DNA of 64,000 bases, from assembly GCA_043821645.1 (NCBI GenBank), contig JBDRCO010000037.1:32001-96000 (forward strand), in the 5' to 3' direction. How positions within the stretch are numbered: position 1 is the first letter of the stretch; every line of letters starts with the position of its first letter. The stretch comes from Pseudomonadota bacterium. GTDB taxonomy: Bacteria > Myxococcota > JACRCW01 > JAFGSX01. Position numbers and translations under genes: made by a program. The notes under the pieces were generated by a model. The model was not told where the DNA came from and made no database searches. It saw nothing but the letters and a program-made list of their open reading frames with translations. Of this stretch, positions 1-8,994 are shown in pieces.

Positions 1-1811
1 TTGACCACGACGATCACCACATTCTCGCCATCGGGGGTGGCCTTGGCAAAGGCCAGGATCCCGGGCGAGGTGCTGTCCAGGAGCCTGAAGTTGGCGGCCA
101 GGCGCAGGGCGGGGTTCTGGTGACGCAGGGAATTGGTCCGGGCGACAAGGTGGGTGATGTGTCCTTCTTTCTGCCAATCCCTGTTCTTGAATTCGTACTT
201 CTCGCTGTCCAGATACTCCTCGCTGCCCTCTCGCAGCGGCGTGTTCTCGCACAGCTCATAGCCCGAGTAGATGCCGTAGCTTGGCGACAGGGTGGAGGCC
301 AGCACCAGGCGCGCGATGAAGGCGGGACGGCCACCCTGCTGCAGGTAGGCGTGCAGGATGTCCGGCGTGTTGGCGAAGAAGTTGGGCCTGTAGAAGTCCG
401 CCACGTCGGTGTTGAACAGCTCGAGAGCGTAGCTCGCCAGCTCGCTCTTGGTGTTGCGCCAGGTGAAGTAGCTGTAGGACTGGCTGAAGCCCAGCTTAGC
501 CAGGGTGTACATGCGCTTGGGCCGCGTAAAGGCCTCGGCCAGGAACAGCACATCGGGATGCTCGCGGTGCACGCTGGCGATGAGCCATTCCCAGAAGGTC
601 GCGGGTTTGGTGTGCGGATTGTCGACGCGGAAGATCTTGACGCCGTGCTCGACCCAGAACAAGAAAACCTCGAGCAGCGCGTTGTAGAGTCCGTCTCGGT
701 CTCGGGTGTCGAAGTCGATGGGATAGATGTCCTGGTATTTCTTGGGTGGGTTCTCGGCGTACTTGATGCTTCCGTCGGGGCGGTGCGCGAACCACTCAGG
801 GTGCTCGGTCACCCACGGGTGATCGGGTGAGCACTGCACCGCGAGATCGAGGGCAATCTCCAGCCCCAGAGCCTCGGCGTGAGCACGGAAATGGTCGAAG
901 TCGTCCAGGGTGCCGAGCTCTGGATGCACGGCCGTGTGGCCTCCGTCCGGGCTGCCAATGGCCCAGGGACTTCCTGGCTCACCGCGCTTGCACAGCGGAT
1001 TGTTGTTGGCACCCTTGCGATGGCTGAGGCCTATCGGATGGATGGGCGTGAGGTAGAGCACGTCGAAGCCCATGGCTGCGATGGCAGGCAGCCGCTGCTC
1101 GGCCTCGCGAAAGGTTGCGCCGCGGCCCGGGACCTGCCCCTGGGAGCGCACGAAGATCTCGTACCAGGCGCTGAAGCGAGCCCGCTCGCGATCCACCCAC
1201 AGCGGGATCTCGAAGGGGTAGAGGGTGGCATCGGTCCGCGGATCGTTGCGCTGCATGAGTTCGGCGAGGCGGGGGTGCAGCCCCAGCTCGACTCCATGCT
1301 CGACGCTGTCGGCAGCGCGCATCGCCGCCAGGAACTCCTGGATGTCCTTGTGGTCGCGGCCCGCCGTACCCTTGCCGTAGTTCTCGACAATGGCCTGCCC
1401 CTCGAGCAACTCGCTCTTCAGGTCAGACTGCTGGGCCTCGTGCTTCTTGCGCAGCTCCTCCCGCCAGGTCCAGAAACGGTCCGTCCAGGCGAGCACGGTG
1501 AAGGCCCAGGGGCCGATGGCATCGACCTCGAAGCGGCCGTGCCAGCGATCGTTGACGCCCTCGGTCAGGGGCGCCTCGCGCCACCCCTTGCGGGTGCGCC
1601 TCGATGCCACAGCGAGTTCTTGTACAGGAACGCGCTCACCCGGTGCCAGAGGCCGCCACAAAACGACCGCGCGGAGCTGATCGTGGCCGTCCTTGTAGAT
1701 ATCGGCGCCCACCTGCAGGACGTCCCCGGCCACGGCCTTGACCTCGTAGCGCCCGCCGTCGACCTGGGGGGTGACGCCCTGGATACTGATGCGTCTTTGC
1801 TCGATGCTCAT
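1..1811 (-). CDS. glgE: Alpha-1,4-glucan:maltose-1-phosphate maltosyltransferase (GH13_3), 3' end truncated by window
   Basis: Not in ORF track. Read by hand from ATG at 1811: MSIEQRRISIQGVTPQVDGGRYEVKAVAGD...DIYKDGHD; internal ENPPKKYQDIYP and catalytic KIFRVDNPHTKP; frame still open at window edge (GENVVIVVV). Confidence 0.95.
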   Translation of the reverse strand, partial: MSIEQRRISIQGVTPQVDGGRYEVKAVAGDVLQVGADIYKDGHDQLRAVVLWRPLAPGERVPVQELAVASRRTRKGWREAPLTEGVNDRWHGRFEVDAIGPWAFTVLAWTDRFWTWREELRKKHEAQQSDLKSELLEGQAIVENYGKGTAGRDHKDIQEFLAAMRAADSVEHGVELGLHPRLAELMQRNDPRTDATLYPFEIPLWVDRERARFSAWYEIFVRSQGQVPGRGATFREAEQRLPAIAAMGFDVLYLTPIHPIGLSHRKGANNNPLCKRGEPGSPWAIGSPDGGHTAVHPELGTLDDFDHFRAHAEALGLEIALDLAVQCSPDHPWVTEHPEWFAHRPDGSIKYAENPPKKYQDIYPIDFDTRDRDGLYNALLEVFLFWVEHGVKIFRVDNPHTKPATFWEWLIASVHREHPDVLFLAEAFTRPKRMYTLAKLGFSQSYSYFTWRNTKSELASYALELFNTDVADFYRPNFFANTPDILHAYLQQGGRPAFIARLVLASTLSPSYGIYSGYELCENTPLREGSEEYLDSEKYEFKNRDWQKEGHITHLVARTNSLRHQNPALRLAANFRLLDSTSPGILAFAKATPDGENVVIVVV

Positions 1812-1858
1812 GGTTGGTCCGTCCTCGATACGAGAGCCGCGGGTCCCGCGTGCCGCAC

Positions 1859-3496
1859 TCAGGGTTGAAGCACGAAGGGCTGCCCCGTCTTGTACTTGAA
1901 AAAGAACACGTCGCCGGCAGCAAGCCGCACGTCCAGTCGGCTGTGGTTGCCATCGATCGGCGTCAGGGACTTCTCGACGACGTTGCCCGTGGCTTGCTCG
2001 AGCTGAAGCAGGGTGCTGCGGTCTACCGTGACCGGCGCGCTCGAAAAATCAAACTCGAGCCGCGCGGTCCCTGGATTGTTGCTGTCGATGGGCCAGTCGC
2101 CGTGGGCGTGGCGCACGTTCTGGACCATGGCGTAGGTCTCGCCGGCGTCGTCGACGAAGAAGCCGACCAGCAGCTCCAGAAAACTGTTCCCCGGAGCGGG
2201 CTCGAGGGCACTGAGGAAGGGATCCTGACCGGCGCCGGCACTCCAGGCCGAGGTCCCGGCGGGCTGGGTCACGGCCCAGGTCGACTGATAGCGCACGTCG
2301 GTGCTGGTCAAGAGCACCAGGGCACGCCCGAGGTGAGCCAGCTCGGTGTTGAGCTGGGCTGCGTTCGCCCACTCCGCGGTGGTGGCCGACGAGAAGTCTC
2401 CCTTGATGGAGAAGAACGCCGGGACGAGGTCAGGATTGGTGGGTTCGATCTGGTACAGGAACCAGGTGTGGCCTGTGTAGCCATAGACCGCTCCCGAGAA
2501 CGCGTCCCAGCGTAGATCCGAAGCATCCAGGGGATCGTCGCCATCGGCGGCGTAGTACGACTTGAGATAGCGCCAGTAAGGCGCACCATGTGCGAGGGCC
2601 CTTTCTCTGAACAGTGCAAGCTTGCCGTAGGCACTATTGCTGCGGGTGTAGGCGTCGTAGCTGAGGATGTCGCCGCCCCAGTTTCCCAGGTACTCATCAC
2701 ACATGCGCTCGACCTCGTCGGCGCCGCTCATGTGGTTCATGACGATGAGCGCACCCGGATCCGCGCCGCGCACCGCATCGAAGCCCGCGCGCATGCTCAG
2801 GAACTCTGCGTAGTCGCCGGGCTCGTCCCACAGCTGGTAGCCGATGCGACCGGCTGGTGGCGTCGTCAGGCCCCCCAGGAGCTGGCCGTTGGCCGAGCTG
2901 TTGCCAGCCTGGTTGAGCCAGGACAGCCAGCGCAGGTCCGAGCGTCCCGCCGCCGCCCAGCCCGCCTGCTCGTCGGGCAGCCCGGTTTGCCACAGGTGCA
3001 CCGCGGTGGCGTGAAAGCCGTCAAAGTAGGCGTGGACGAAGTCCGCAGGCGGAGCCGCCATCACCACCGTGAGCCCGCTAATGAACATCGGATTGTCGCG
3101 TACCCATTGCAGGGCGCGCGAGCGCGGGGGCATCGCAGCGTCGGCGGACGAGGCATCCGGCCCGGCCGCGTCCGGGGACGTGTCGGGCATCGATCCGTCA
3201 GACGCGACGATCAGATCGGGCTGGCCCAGGTCGCCTGGAGCGAGGTCCGGGACCGCTGCGTCGAGGGGAGTGCTGCGGTCGGGCGCGCTCGCCGAATCCC
3301 GAGCCACGTCCGTCGCTGGCACGTCGGCGCGTCCCGAATCCGTGGCCGCATCGATGGCAGCACCCGCGCCGTCCTCGCTGGAGCCACTGTCCTGCACCAC
3401 GGAAGGAGCCGGGCAGGCTCCCAGGCACAGCGACAATGCCAGCAGCGCCAGGGCGCCACGACGCGCTGGGTAGGGCGACAAAGGAGAGCAGGTCAT
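1859..3496 (-). CDS. Exported lipoprotein with Asp-rich linker and putative glycoside-hydrolase-like TIM-barrel domain (545 aa)
   Basis: Start ATG 3496 overlaps glgM stop (ATGA); signal RRGALALLALSLCLGA-C (lipobox); D-x4/5 linker; GYQLWDEPG and DILSYDAY motifs resemble clan GH-A barrels (inference). Confidence 0.7.
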   Translation of the reverse strand: MTCSPLSPYPARRGALALLALSLCLGACPAPSVVQDSGSSEDGAGAAIDAATDSGRADVPATDVARDSASAPDRSTPLDAAVPDLAPGDLGQPDLIVASDGSMPDTSPDAAGPDASSADAAMPPRSRALQWVRDNPMFISGLTVVMAAPPADFVHAYFDGFHATAVHLWQTGLPDEQAGWAAAGRSDLRWLSWLNQAGNSSANGQLLGGLTTPPAGRIGYQLWDEPGDYAEFLSMRAGFDAVRGADPGALIVMNHMSGADEVERMCDEYLGNWGGDILSYDAYTRSNSAYGKLALFRERALAHGAPYWRYLKSYYAADGDDPLDASDLRWDAFSGAVYGYTGHTWFLYQIEPTNPDLVPAFFSIKGDFSSATTAEWANAAQLNTELAHLGRALVLLTSTDVRYQSTWAVTQPAGTSAWSAGAGQDPFLSALEPAPGNSFLELLVGFFVDDAGETYAMVQNVRHAHGDWPIDSNNPGTARLEFDFSSAPVTVDRSTLLQLEQATGNVVEKSLTPIDGNHSRLDVRLAAGDVFFFKYKTGQPFVLQP

Positions 3497-4650
3497 GGCT
3501 TCTTCTCGTCGACAAGCTCCTGGTACATCTCCAGCGTCTTGCTCGCGATGGAAGCCCACGAGAAGTGGTCCACCACGCGTTGTCGGCCGGCCTTGCCCAT
3601 GCGCAGGGCGAGGGCAGGATCTCGCAGCACGTCGTTGATGCGCCGGGCCAGGGCCTGTGCATCGCCCGGCGGCACCTGGAAGCCCGTGGTCCCGTCGACT
3701 ACCACTTCCTGGATACCGCCCACGGCGCTGGCCACCACCGGGGTCTCGCAGGCCATGGCCTCGAGGTTGATGATGCCGAAGGGCTCGTAGACCGACGGGC
3801 AGCAAAACACCGAGGCGTGGGTGTACAGTTCGATGTACTGGTCCTCGCGCAGCATGGTGTTGATCCACAGAGCGCGTGGCTGCTGGGCGATCTTGGCAGC
3901 GATCTCCTGCTCGATCTCCGGCGTGTCCGGGGCGCTGGTGCAGCAGACCAGGCGGACACCCGGGTCCACGTGCTGCATGGCGTCGATGAGGTGCACCATT
4001 CCTTTCTGGCGGCTGGTGCGCCCCACGAACAGGATGTAGGGCCCCTCGATCTCGTACGCGCGCCGCGTGGCCTGGCTCGCACTGGGGGTCCATACATCGA
4101 GATCGATGCCGTTGTGGATAACCCGGATCCGTCGCTGGTCGACGTCGAAGTGCTCGAGGATCTCACCCTTGGCGTGGTTGGAAACGGCGACGATTCGGTC
4201 CGCAGCCTCCAGGGCGACCTTCTCGACCCAGGTGGTCAGGTGGTAGGAACGGCCAAGCTGTTCCTCCTTCCACGGCCTCAGCGGTTCGAGGCTATGTACC
4301 GTCGCCACGTAGGGAACCTGGTACAGCTGCTGCGCCATGTAGCCGGAGAGTGCGGCATACCAGGTGTGCGAGTGCACCAGGTCGGCATCGATGGCGTCTC
4401 GGACCATGGATAGGTTGGTCGAGAAGGTGCCGAGGGCGCTGTTGAACTTGGGGTTGTGGCCCTCCCACATGCGGTTCCAGGCACCGAAGCCGTGCACGGC
4501 GAGCTGAGGCTCGTCGCTGCGCTGGTCACCCATGCAGCGCACCTCGACGTCGATGAGCCGTGACAGCTGCCGGGTCAGGTTCTTGACGTGCACGCCGGCG
4601 CCACCGTAGATCTGCGGCGGATACTCCTTGGTGAAGAAGCAGACCTTCAT
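3493..4650 (-). CDS. glgM: Alpha-maltose-1-phosphate synthase / Corynebacterium-type GlgA (GT4)
   Basis: N-terminus FFTKEYPPQIYGGAGVHV, VHSHTWY, HSLEPLRPWKEEQLG, CPSVYEPFGIINLEAMAC; lies between a glgC-like gene and glgE. Confidence 0.9.
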   Translation of the reverse strand: MKVCFFTKEYPPQIYGGAGVHVKNLTRQLSRLIDVEVRCMGDQRSDEPQLAVHGFGAWNRMWEGHNPKFNSALGTFSTNLSMVRDAIDADLVHSHTWYAALSGYMAQQLYQVPYVATVHSLEPLRPWKEEQLGRSYHLTTWVEKVALEAADRIVAVSNHAKGEILEHFDVDQRRIRVIHNGIDLDVWTPSASQATRRAYEIEGPYILFVGRTSRQKGMVHLIDAMQHVDPGVRLVCCTSAPDTPEIEQEIAAKIAQQPRALWINTMLREDQYIELYTHASVFCCPSVYEPFGIINLEAMACETPVVASAVGGIQEVVVDGTTGFQVPPGDAQALARRINDVLRDPALALRMGKAGRQRVVDHFSWASIASKTLEMYQELVDEKKP

Positions 4651-5921
4651 CGGGTGACCTCCGTCCGCTTCACGCTGCTCCCCGACGCCACCTCACCCGC
4701 GAAGTCCTCTCCCCGGGCATCGGCGTGGACCACGCAGTTGCGCCCGATGCGTGCACCGGCCGGCACTCGCACGTCCATGCCAAACACGCTGGCACCGCAG
4801 GTCAGCGAGCCCCGCATCTCCGTCGACGGGATGCTCTCGCCTCGACCCACCTGGCACCCCGGGCCAAAGTGGACCCGCTTGTCGGACACCACGCCGCTCA
4901 GCTGCGCCGCGGTCTCGACCACCACGTCCTCCCACAGCACACAGTCGTCGACCACGGCGTCCTTCTGAACGTGAACTCCGCGGCTGAGCACGCTGTTGCG
5001 CACCGTGCCCTCGATCACGCAGCCCGGGCAGACCAGCGAGTTCTCGACCACGCCACCGGGGAGCACGCGGGCCGGTGGTGCCGGGTGCGAGCGCCGAGCC
5101 ATGACATTGGAGCGGACGTCCCACAGGTTGAGATCGACGGCCGGGTCCGGCCCGAGGAGCTTGTGGTGAAAGGCCACATACTCGTCAAGGGTGCGGGTGT
5201 AGTGCCATTCGCCGTGGAACACGTAACCGTAGGCCCGGCGTCGCGGGATCATGCGGTGCAGGATCTCGTGGATCTCGAAGGTGGCTCCCTCCCGTCCAGC
5301 CACCGCGGTCGACAGCTCGTCCAGCAGCACCTGGCGCTTGAAGAGATAGACGCCGATCGAGGCCAGGTTGGTCCTCGGGTACTCGGGTTTCTCGACGAAG
5401 TTCATGATCTGGCCGACCGCGTTGATCTCGCCGATGCCATAGCGCGAGGGGTCCTCTTCCATGGGCTTGAAGGCCATGGTGAGGTCGGCGTCGCGCTCGC
5501 GGTGGAAGTCCAGCAGGGGCCTGTAGTCCATCTTGCTGACATGGTCTCCGGACACCACCAGCACGTGCTCGGGTGCATGGCGCTGGATGAAGTCGATGTT
5601 CTGGTACAGGGCGTCCGCCGGGCCTCGGTACCACTCGCCGGCGCCCGGTCCCAGGTATGGGGGCAAAAAGCGCACCGTCCGATCGGTGCCGACGAGGTCC
5701 CAGGCCATGCCGCTGCCCACGTGATCCATGAGTGACGACGGGCGATACTGCGCCAGGATGCCGACCTGACCGATGCCCGCGTCTGCCAGATTGGTCAGGG
5801 CGAAGTCTATGGTCCGGTAGGCGCCCCCGAACACCACCGCGGCCTTGGCTCGCCGCTCGGTGAGCACACCCAACTCGGGTACCCGGCCACCGGCAAAGAT
5901 CATGGCAACGATGCGATGCAT
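4647..5921 (-). CDS. glgC: Glucose-1-phosphate adenylyltransferase family protein (divergent GlgC/GlgD-like)
   Basis: AGG...LTERRAKAAVVFGGAYRTIDFALTN, WYRGPADA, SGDH, FVEKP, C-terminal beta-helix; RBS AGGAG; canonical GGxGxRL altered. Confidence 0.8.
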   Translation of the reverse strand: MHRIVAMIFAGGRVPELGVLTERRAKAAVVFGGAYRTIDFALTNLADAGIGQVGILAQYRPSSLMDHVGSGMAWDLVGTDRTVRFLPPYLGPGAGEWYRGPADALYQNIDFIQRHAPEHVLVVSGDHVSKMDYRPLLDFHRERDADLTMAFKPMEEDPSRYGIGEINAVGQIMNFVEKPEYPRTNLASIGVYLFKRQVLLDELSTAVAGREGATFEIHEILHRMIPRRRAYGYVFHGEWHYTRTLDEYVAFHHKLLGPDPAVDLNLWDVRSNVMARRSHPAPPARVLPGGVVENSLVCPGCVIEGTVRNSVLSRGVHVQKDAVVDDCVLWEDVVVETAAQLSGVVSDKRVHFGPGCQVGRGESIPSTEMRGSLTCGASVFGMDVRVPAGARIGRNCVVHADARGEDFAGEVASGSSVKRTEVTR

Positions 5922-6065
5922 GGCGATCTCCTGTTCCGTGAGGCGCGGCGGCCATTCTATACACGGTCGCCGGGTCGCGGGACCCCTGGTTGGAACTCGA
6001 GTTGGGCTGCGCGTTCAGGCTCGCGTGGTGCTCCCGGGTGTCGGCCAGGGGGGGGCCACGGCCTT

Positions 6066-6743
6066 CTACCACAGCGAGGTTCGCCAGCGGCCGGACCCCA
6101 GGTCGCCATGGCCACGCCGTGCCATGATCTCGTCGAGAAAAGCAAAGAAGTTGGTGCGGGTGTGCTTCACGTTGAGCTGCCGTGACCAGATGCGAAGTAC
6201 CTCGCGATCCACCGCGCGCTGCGTCTCGTCGTCCACGATCAGCTGCTCCAGGGCATCGCGCGCCCGGGAGCTGGATGGCCAGGCCCGGGGACACTCGCTG
6301 GGCGGCTGCTGCGCGAGCATGCCCGGGGGAGCCCGGCGCTGCGCCACGCGGTTGGCAATGATGGGGAACACGCGGCAGGCTTTTGGTCTCTGCGCATGGA
6401 CGCTGCACTGGAGCTGCCCACCCACCCGGCGAACGAACAGGCAGCGGCGCTTCCGGCGCTTCAGGGCGAGCTGGTGCTTGTGCTGGCCAAGGCGAACCCA
6501 CCAGGTGGGAGCATCGTGGTGATAGGGAGCGAAGGTCGCAAAGGCTCGCCACTCGAGACCGAGCTCGCTGCGGAGCCGGTACGCGTCGACGACGTTGAGG
6601 GGGACCACGTACGTGGTGCAGCAGGGTGCCGGGCAGCCAGCGCACACGTCGGCGGTCTCGGCATCTGCAGACCATGGACGATGCTCGTAGGCCGAGGTCG
6701 GGTGAATGCTGCACCCGGTCAAGGAGGCAAAGCGCGCAAGCAC
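6066..6743 (-). CDS. YkgJ-family cysteine-cluster (CxxCxxxCC) protein; start uncertain
   Basis: CAGCPAPCC ... RCLF ... QCSVHAQRPKACRVFP; upstream part of the track ORF is antisense to the dehydratase, so start placed at GTG 6743. Confidence 0.75.
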   Translation of the reverse strand: MLARFASLTGCSIHPTSAYEHRPWSADAETADVCAGCPAPCCTTYVVPLNVVDAYRLRSELGLEWRAFATFAPYHHDAPTWWVRLGQHKHQLALKRRKRRCLFVRRVGGQLQCSVHAQRPKACRVFPIIANRVAQRRAPPGMLAQQPPSECPRAWPSSSRARDALEQLIVDDETQRAVDREVLRIWSRQLNVKHTRTNFFAFLDEIMARRGHGDLGSGRWRTSLW

Positions 6744-6893
6744 GCTGGAGGTCCCGTCTTCTGGCTGTGGCACGTGAACGAGATTAGCACCGATGCCGAT
6801 TCGATTCCCTGGTGACCGGCGCCTTGACCTCGGCGGAGGTTTTCGTTCTTTATACCCCCTCTGATCGATCCACCTTCGGTGCGGGGGTATGCG

Positions 6894-8141
6894 ATGCCCG
6901 GGGACTCCAAGGCACTCATCAAGAAAATCCGTTCGACCGCTGCCATGCGCGATGTGATGGCAGACTATTTCAAGGAGCTCGACGAGGCCGCGCGGACGCA
7001 CAGCTCCAAGGTCGCCTGGTGCACCAGCGTGGGGCCGGCGGAGCTGCTGCGAGCGCTTGGCTACAAGGTCTACTTCCCGGAGAATCATGGCGCCCTGCTG
7101 GGTACCTCGCGCGTGGCCGCTGACCTGATTCCAGCCACCAACGCCATCGGCTATTCGCCGGACATCTGCTCCTATTGCACCAGCGACATCGGGTCCTATC
7201 TGAAGAAGCAGACGCCCCTGACCAAAGCCTTCGGACTCGAGGGCGTGCCACGCCCGGACGTGCTGGTCTACAACACCAACCAGTGCCGTGACGTGCAGGA
7301 CTGGTTTGGCTGGTATCAGCGAGAGTTCCAGGTGCCCATGGTGGGCATCGAGACCCCGCGCAGCGTCGACGATCTCAAAGAACAGCACGTGCAGGATGTG
7401 GCCGGCCAGATCCGGGACCTGGTGCCCACCCTCGAGCAGATCGCGGGGGTTCGTCTCGACATCGACCGCCTGCGCGAGGTGGTCGCTGCTTCACATCGCT
7501 GCACCGTGCTGTGGAAGCGCGTGCTGCGTGCAGCCGAGCAGGTGCCATCACCCATCACCTTCTTTGATGGCACCATCCACATGGGGCCGGCAGTGGTGCT
7601 GCGTGGCGACGAGCGTGCCGAGCAGTACTACCAGGTCTTGCTCGCCGAGCTGCAGCAACGCATGGATCAGGGCGTGGCCGCTGTCGACGGCGAGAGGTGG
7701 CGCTTCTACTGGGACGGCATGCCGGTGTGGGGCAAGCTGCGTGAGCACGCGGAGCTGTTTGCCGGACGCCAGGCGTGCGTGGTCGCCTCGACCTACTGCA
7801 ATAGCTGGATCTTCGAGCCGCTGGCGGATCCGGATCCCTTCGTCGGCATGGCCAGGGCCTACACCGAGCTGTTCATCGTGCGCGCCGAATCCTTCAAGGA
7901 GCGCTATCTCGAGGCCATGGCCCGGGACTACAAGATCAACGGCTTCATCTACCACGACGCCAAGACCTGCCCCAACAACAGCAACAATCGCTACGGCATG
8001 CCACGGCGGATCGCCGACAAGCTGGGAATCCCTTTCGTGACCTTCAACGGCGATCTCAACGACCTGCGGCTGTACTCCGAGGAACAGGCGCGGACCCAGT
8101 TCGAAGCCCTGGTGGAGCAACTCGAAGAGAAGCGCGCGTGA
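6894..8141 (+). CDS. 2-hydroxyacyl-CoA dehydratase / benzoyl-CoA reductase family subunit (HgdA/FldB/BcrB-like)
   Basis: FPENHGA, GYSPDICSY, NTNQCRD, HDAKTCPNNS, GDLNDLRLYSEEQARTQFEAL. Confidence 0.88.
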   Translation: MPGDSKALIKKIRSTAAMRDVMADYFKELDEAARTHSSKVAWCTSVGPAELLRALGYKVYFPENHGALLGTSRVAADLIPATNAIGYSPDICSYCTSDIGSYLKKQTPLTKAFGLEGVPRPDVLVYNTNQCRDVQDWFGWYQREFQVPMVGIETPRSVDDLKEQHVQDVAGQIRDLVPTLEQIAGVRLDIDRLREVVAASHRCTVLWKRVLRAAEQVPSPITFFDGTIHMGPAVVLRGDERAEQYYQVLLAELQQRMDQGVAAVDGERWRFYWDGMPVWGKLREHAELFAGRQACVVASTYCNSWIFEPLADPDPFVGMARAYTELFIVRAESFKERYLEAMARDYKINGFIYHDAKTCPNNSNNRYGMPRRIADKLGIPFVTFNGDLNDLRLYSEEQARTQFEALVEQLEEKRA

Positions 8142-8190
8142 GGGACCAGACGTCGAGGGTGTGCAGCGCGAAAGAGGGGATGGCGTGGCA

Positions 8191-8994
8191 ATGAGCGACG
8201 GCGCCCTGTACTGCGGCGTCGACATCGGCGCCTCGGCCACCAAGCTGGTCCTCATCAACGAGGCCGGCGAGGTGAGAGCCCGCAGTGTGGCGCTATCGGG
8301 TGTGGACTACGCAGGGACCGCTCGCCTCAACCTGCAGCGCGCTCTCGGCGAGATCGGTGCCAGTGACGATCAGATCCGCCGCACCGTGGCCACAGGTTAT
8401 GGTCGCCGCAACGTCCCCTTTGCCCAGGACATGTCGACGGAGATCCAGTGCCACGGCATGGGGTGTTACCATCTGGTTCCGCGCGCCATCACCGTGGTCG
8501 ACATCGGCGGCCAGGACAACAAGGTGATCCGTCTCGACGGCAGCGGCCATCGCGTGGACTTCAAGATGAACCGCAAGTGCGCGGCGGGTACAGGCTCCTT
8601 CATCGAGGAGATCGCCCTGCGCCTGGCCCTCGAACCCGGGCAAATGGAGCCCCTGGCCGCGAGCACGGATCGCGCGGTCAAGCTGTCGAGCTTCTGCACC
8701 GTGTTTGCCAAGACCGAGATCCTGTCGCACTTGCGCGAGGGTGTCCCGGTGGCCGAGATCGTTCGCGGCAGCTTCCTGTCGGTGATCCACCGCGTGGTCG
8801 AGATGGATACTCTTGACGGTGAGGTGGTGCTGACCGGTGGCGTCATCGCCCACAACCCGACCATAGGCACGCTGCTGGCCGAGCGCCTGGGGCGTCCGAT
8901 CACCGTGCCGCCACATCCGCAGTACACAGGCGCCCTGGGGGCCGCCCTGATGGCCAGGCGCCAGGCCACGGTTGCAGACACAAGGAGCACATGA
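8191..8994 (+). CDS. ATP-dependent dehydratase activator (HgdC/BcrAD ASKHA family, [4Fe-4S])
   Basis: GVDIGASATK, TGYGR, DIGGQDNK, MNRKCAAGTGSF, SSFCTVFA, TGG, GALGAAL. Confidence 0.92.
   Translation: MSDGALYCGVDIGASATKLVLINEAGEVRARSVALSGVDYAGTARLNLQRALGEIGASDDQIRRTVATGYGRRNVPFAQDMSTEIQCHGMGCYHLVPRAITVVDIGGQDNKVIRLDGSGHRVDFKMNRKCAAGTGSFIEEIALRLALEPGQMEPLAASTDRAVKLSSFCTVFAKTEILSHLREGVPVAEIVRGSFLSVIHRVVEMDTLDGEVVLTGGVIAHNPTIGTLLAERLGRPITVPPHPQYTGALGAALMARRQATVADTRST

Noticed and set aside
120-1868. Long plus-strand ORFs (120..830, 879..1868) and similar long antisense ORFs across the window (e.g. 9750..11141, 28981..30717, 60212..62500)
   Set aside because: Shadow frames of real opposite-strand genes, expected in high-GC DNA; no recognisable motifs.
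1859-4093. Track ORFs with long N-terminal extensions (also 13919..16069, 45400..47697, 54105..56441, 6066..7388, 26652..29024)
   Set aside because: The extensions overlap other bona fide genes; internal starts supported by RBS, gene overlap or signal peptide were used instead.
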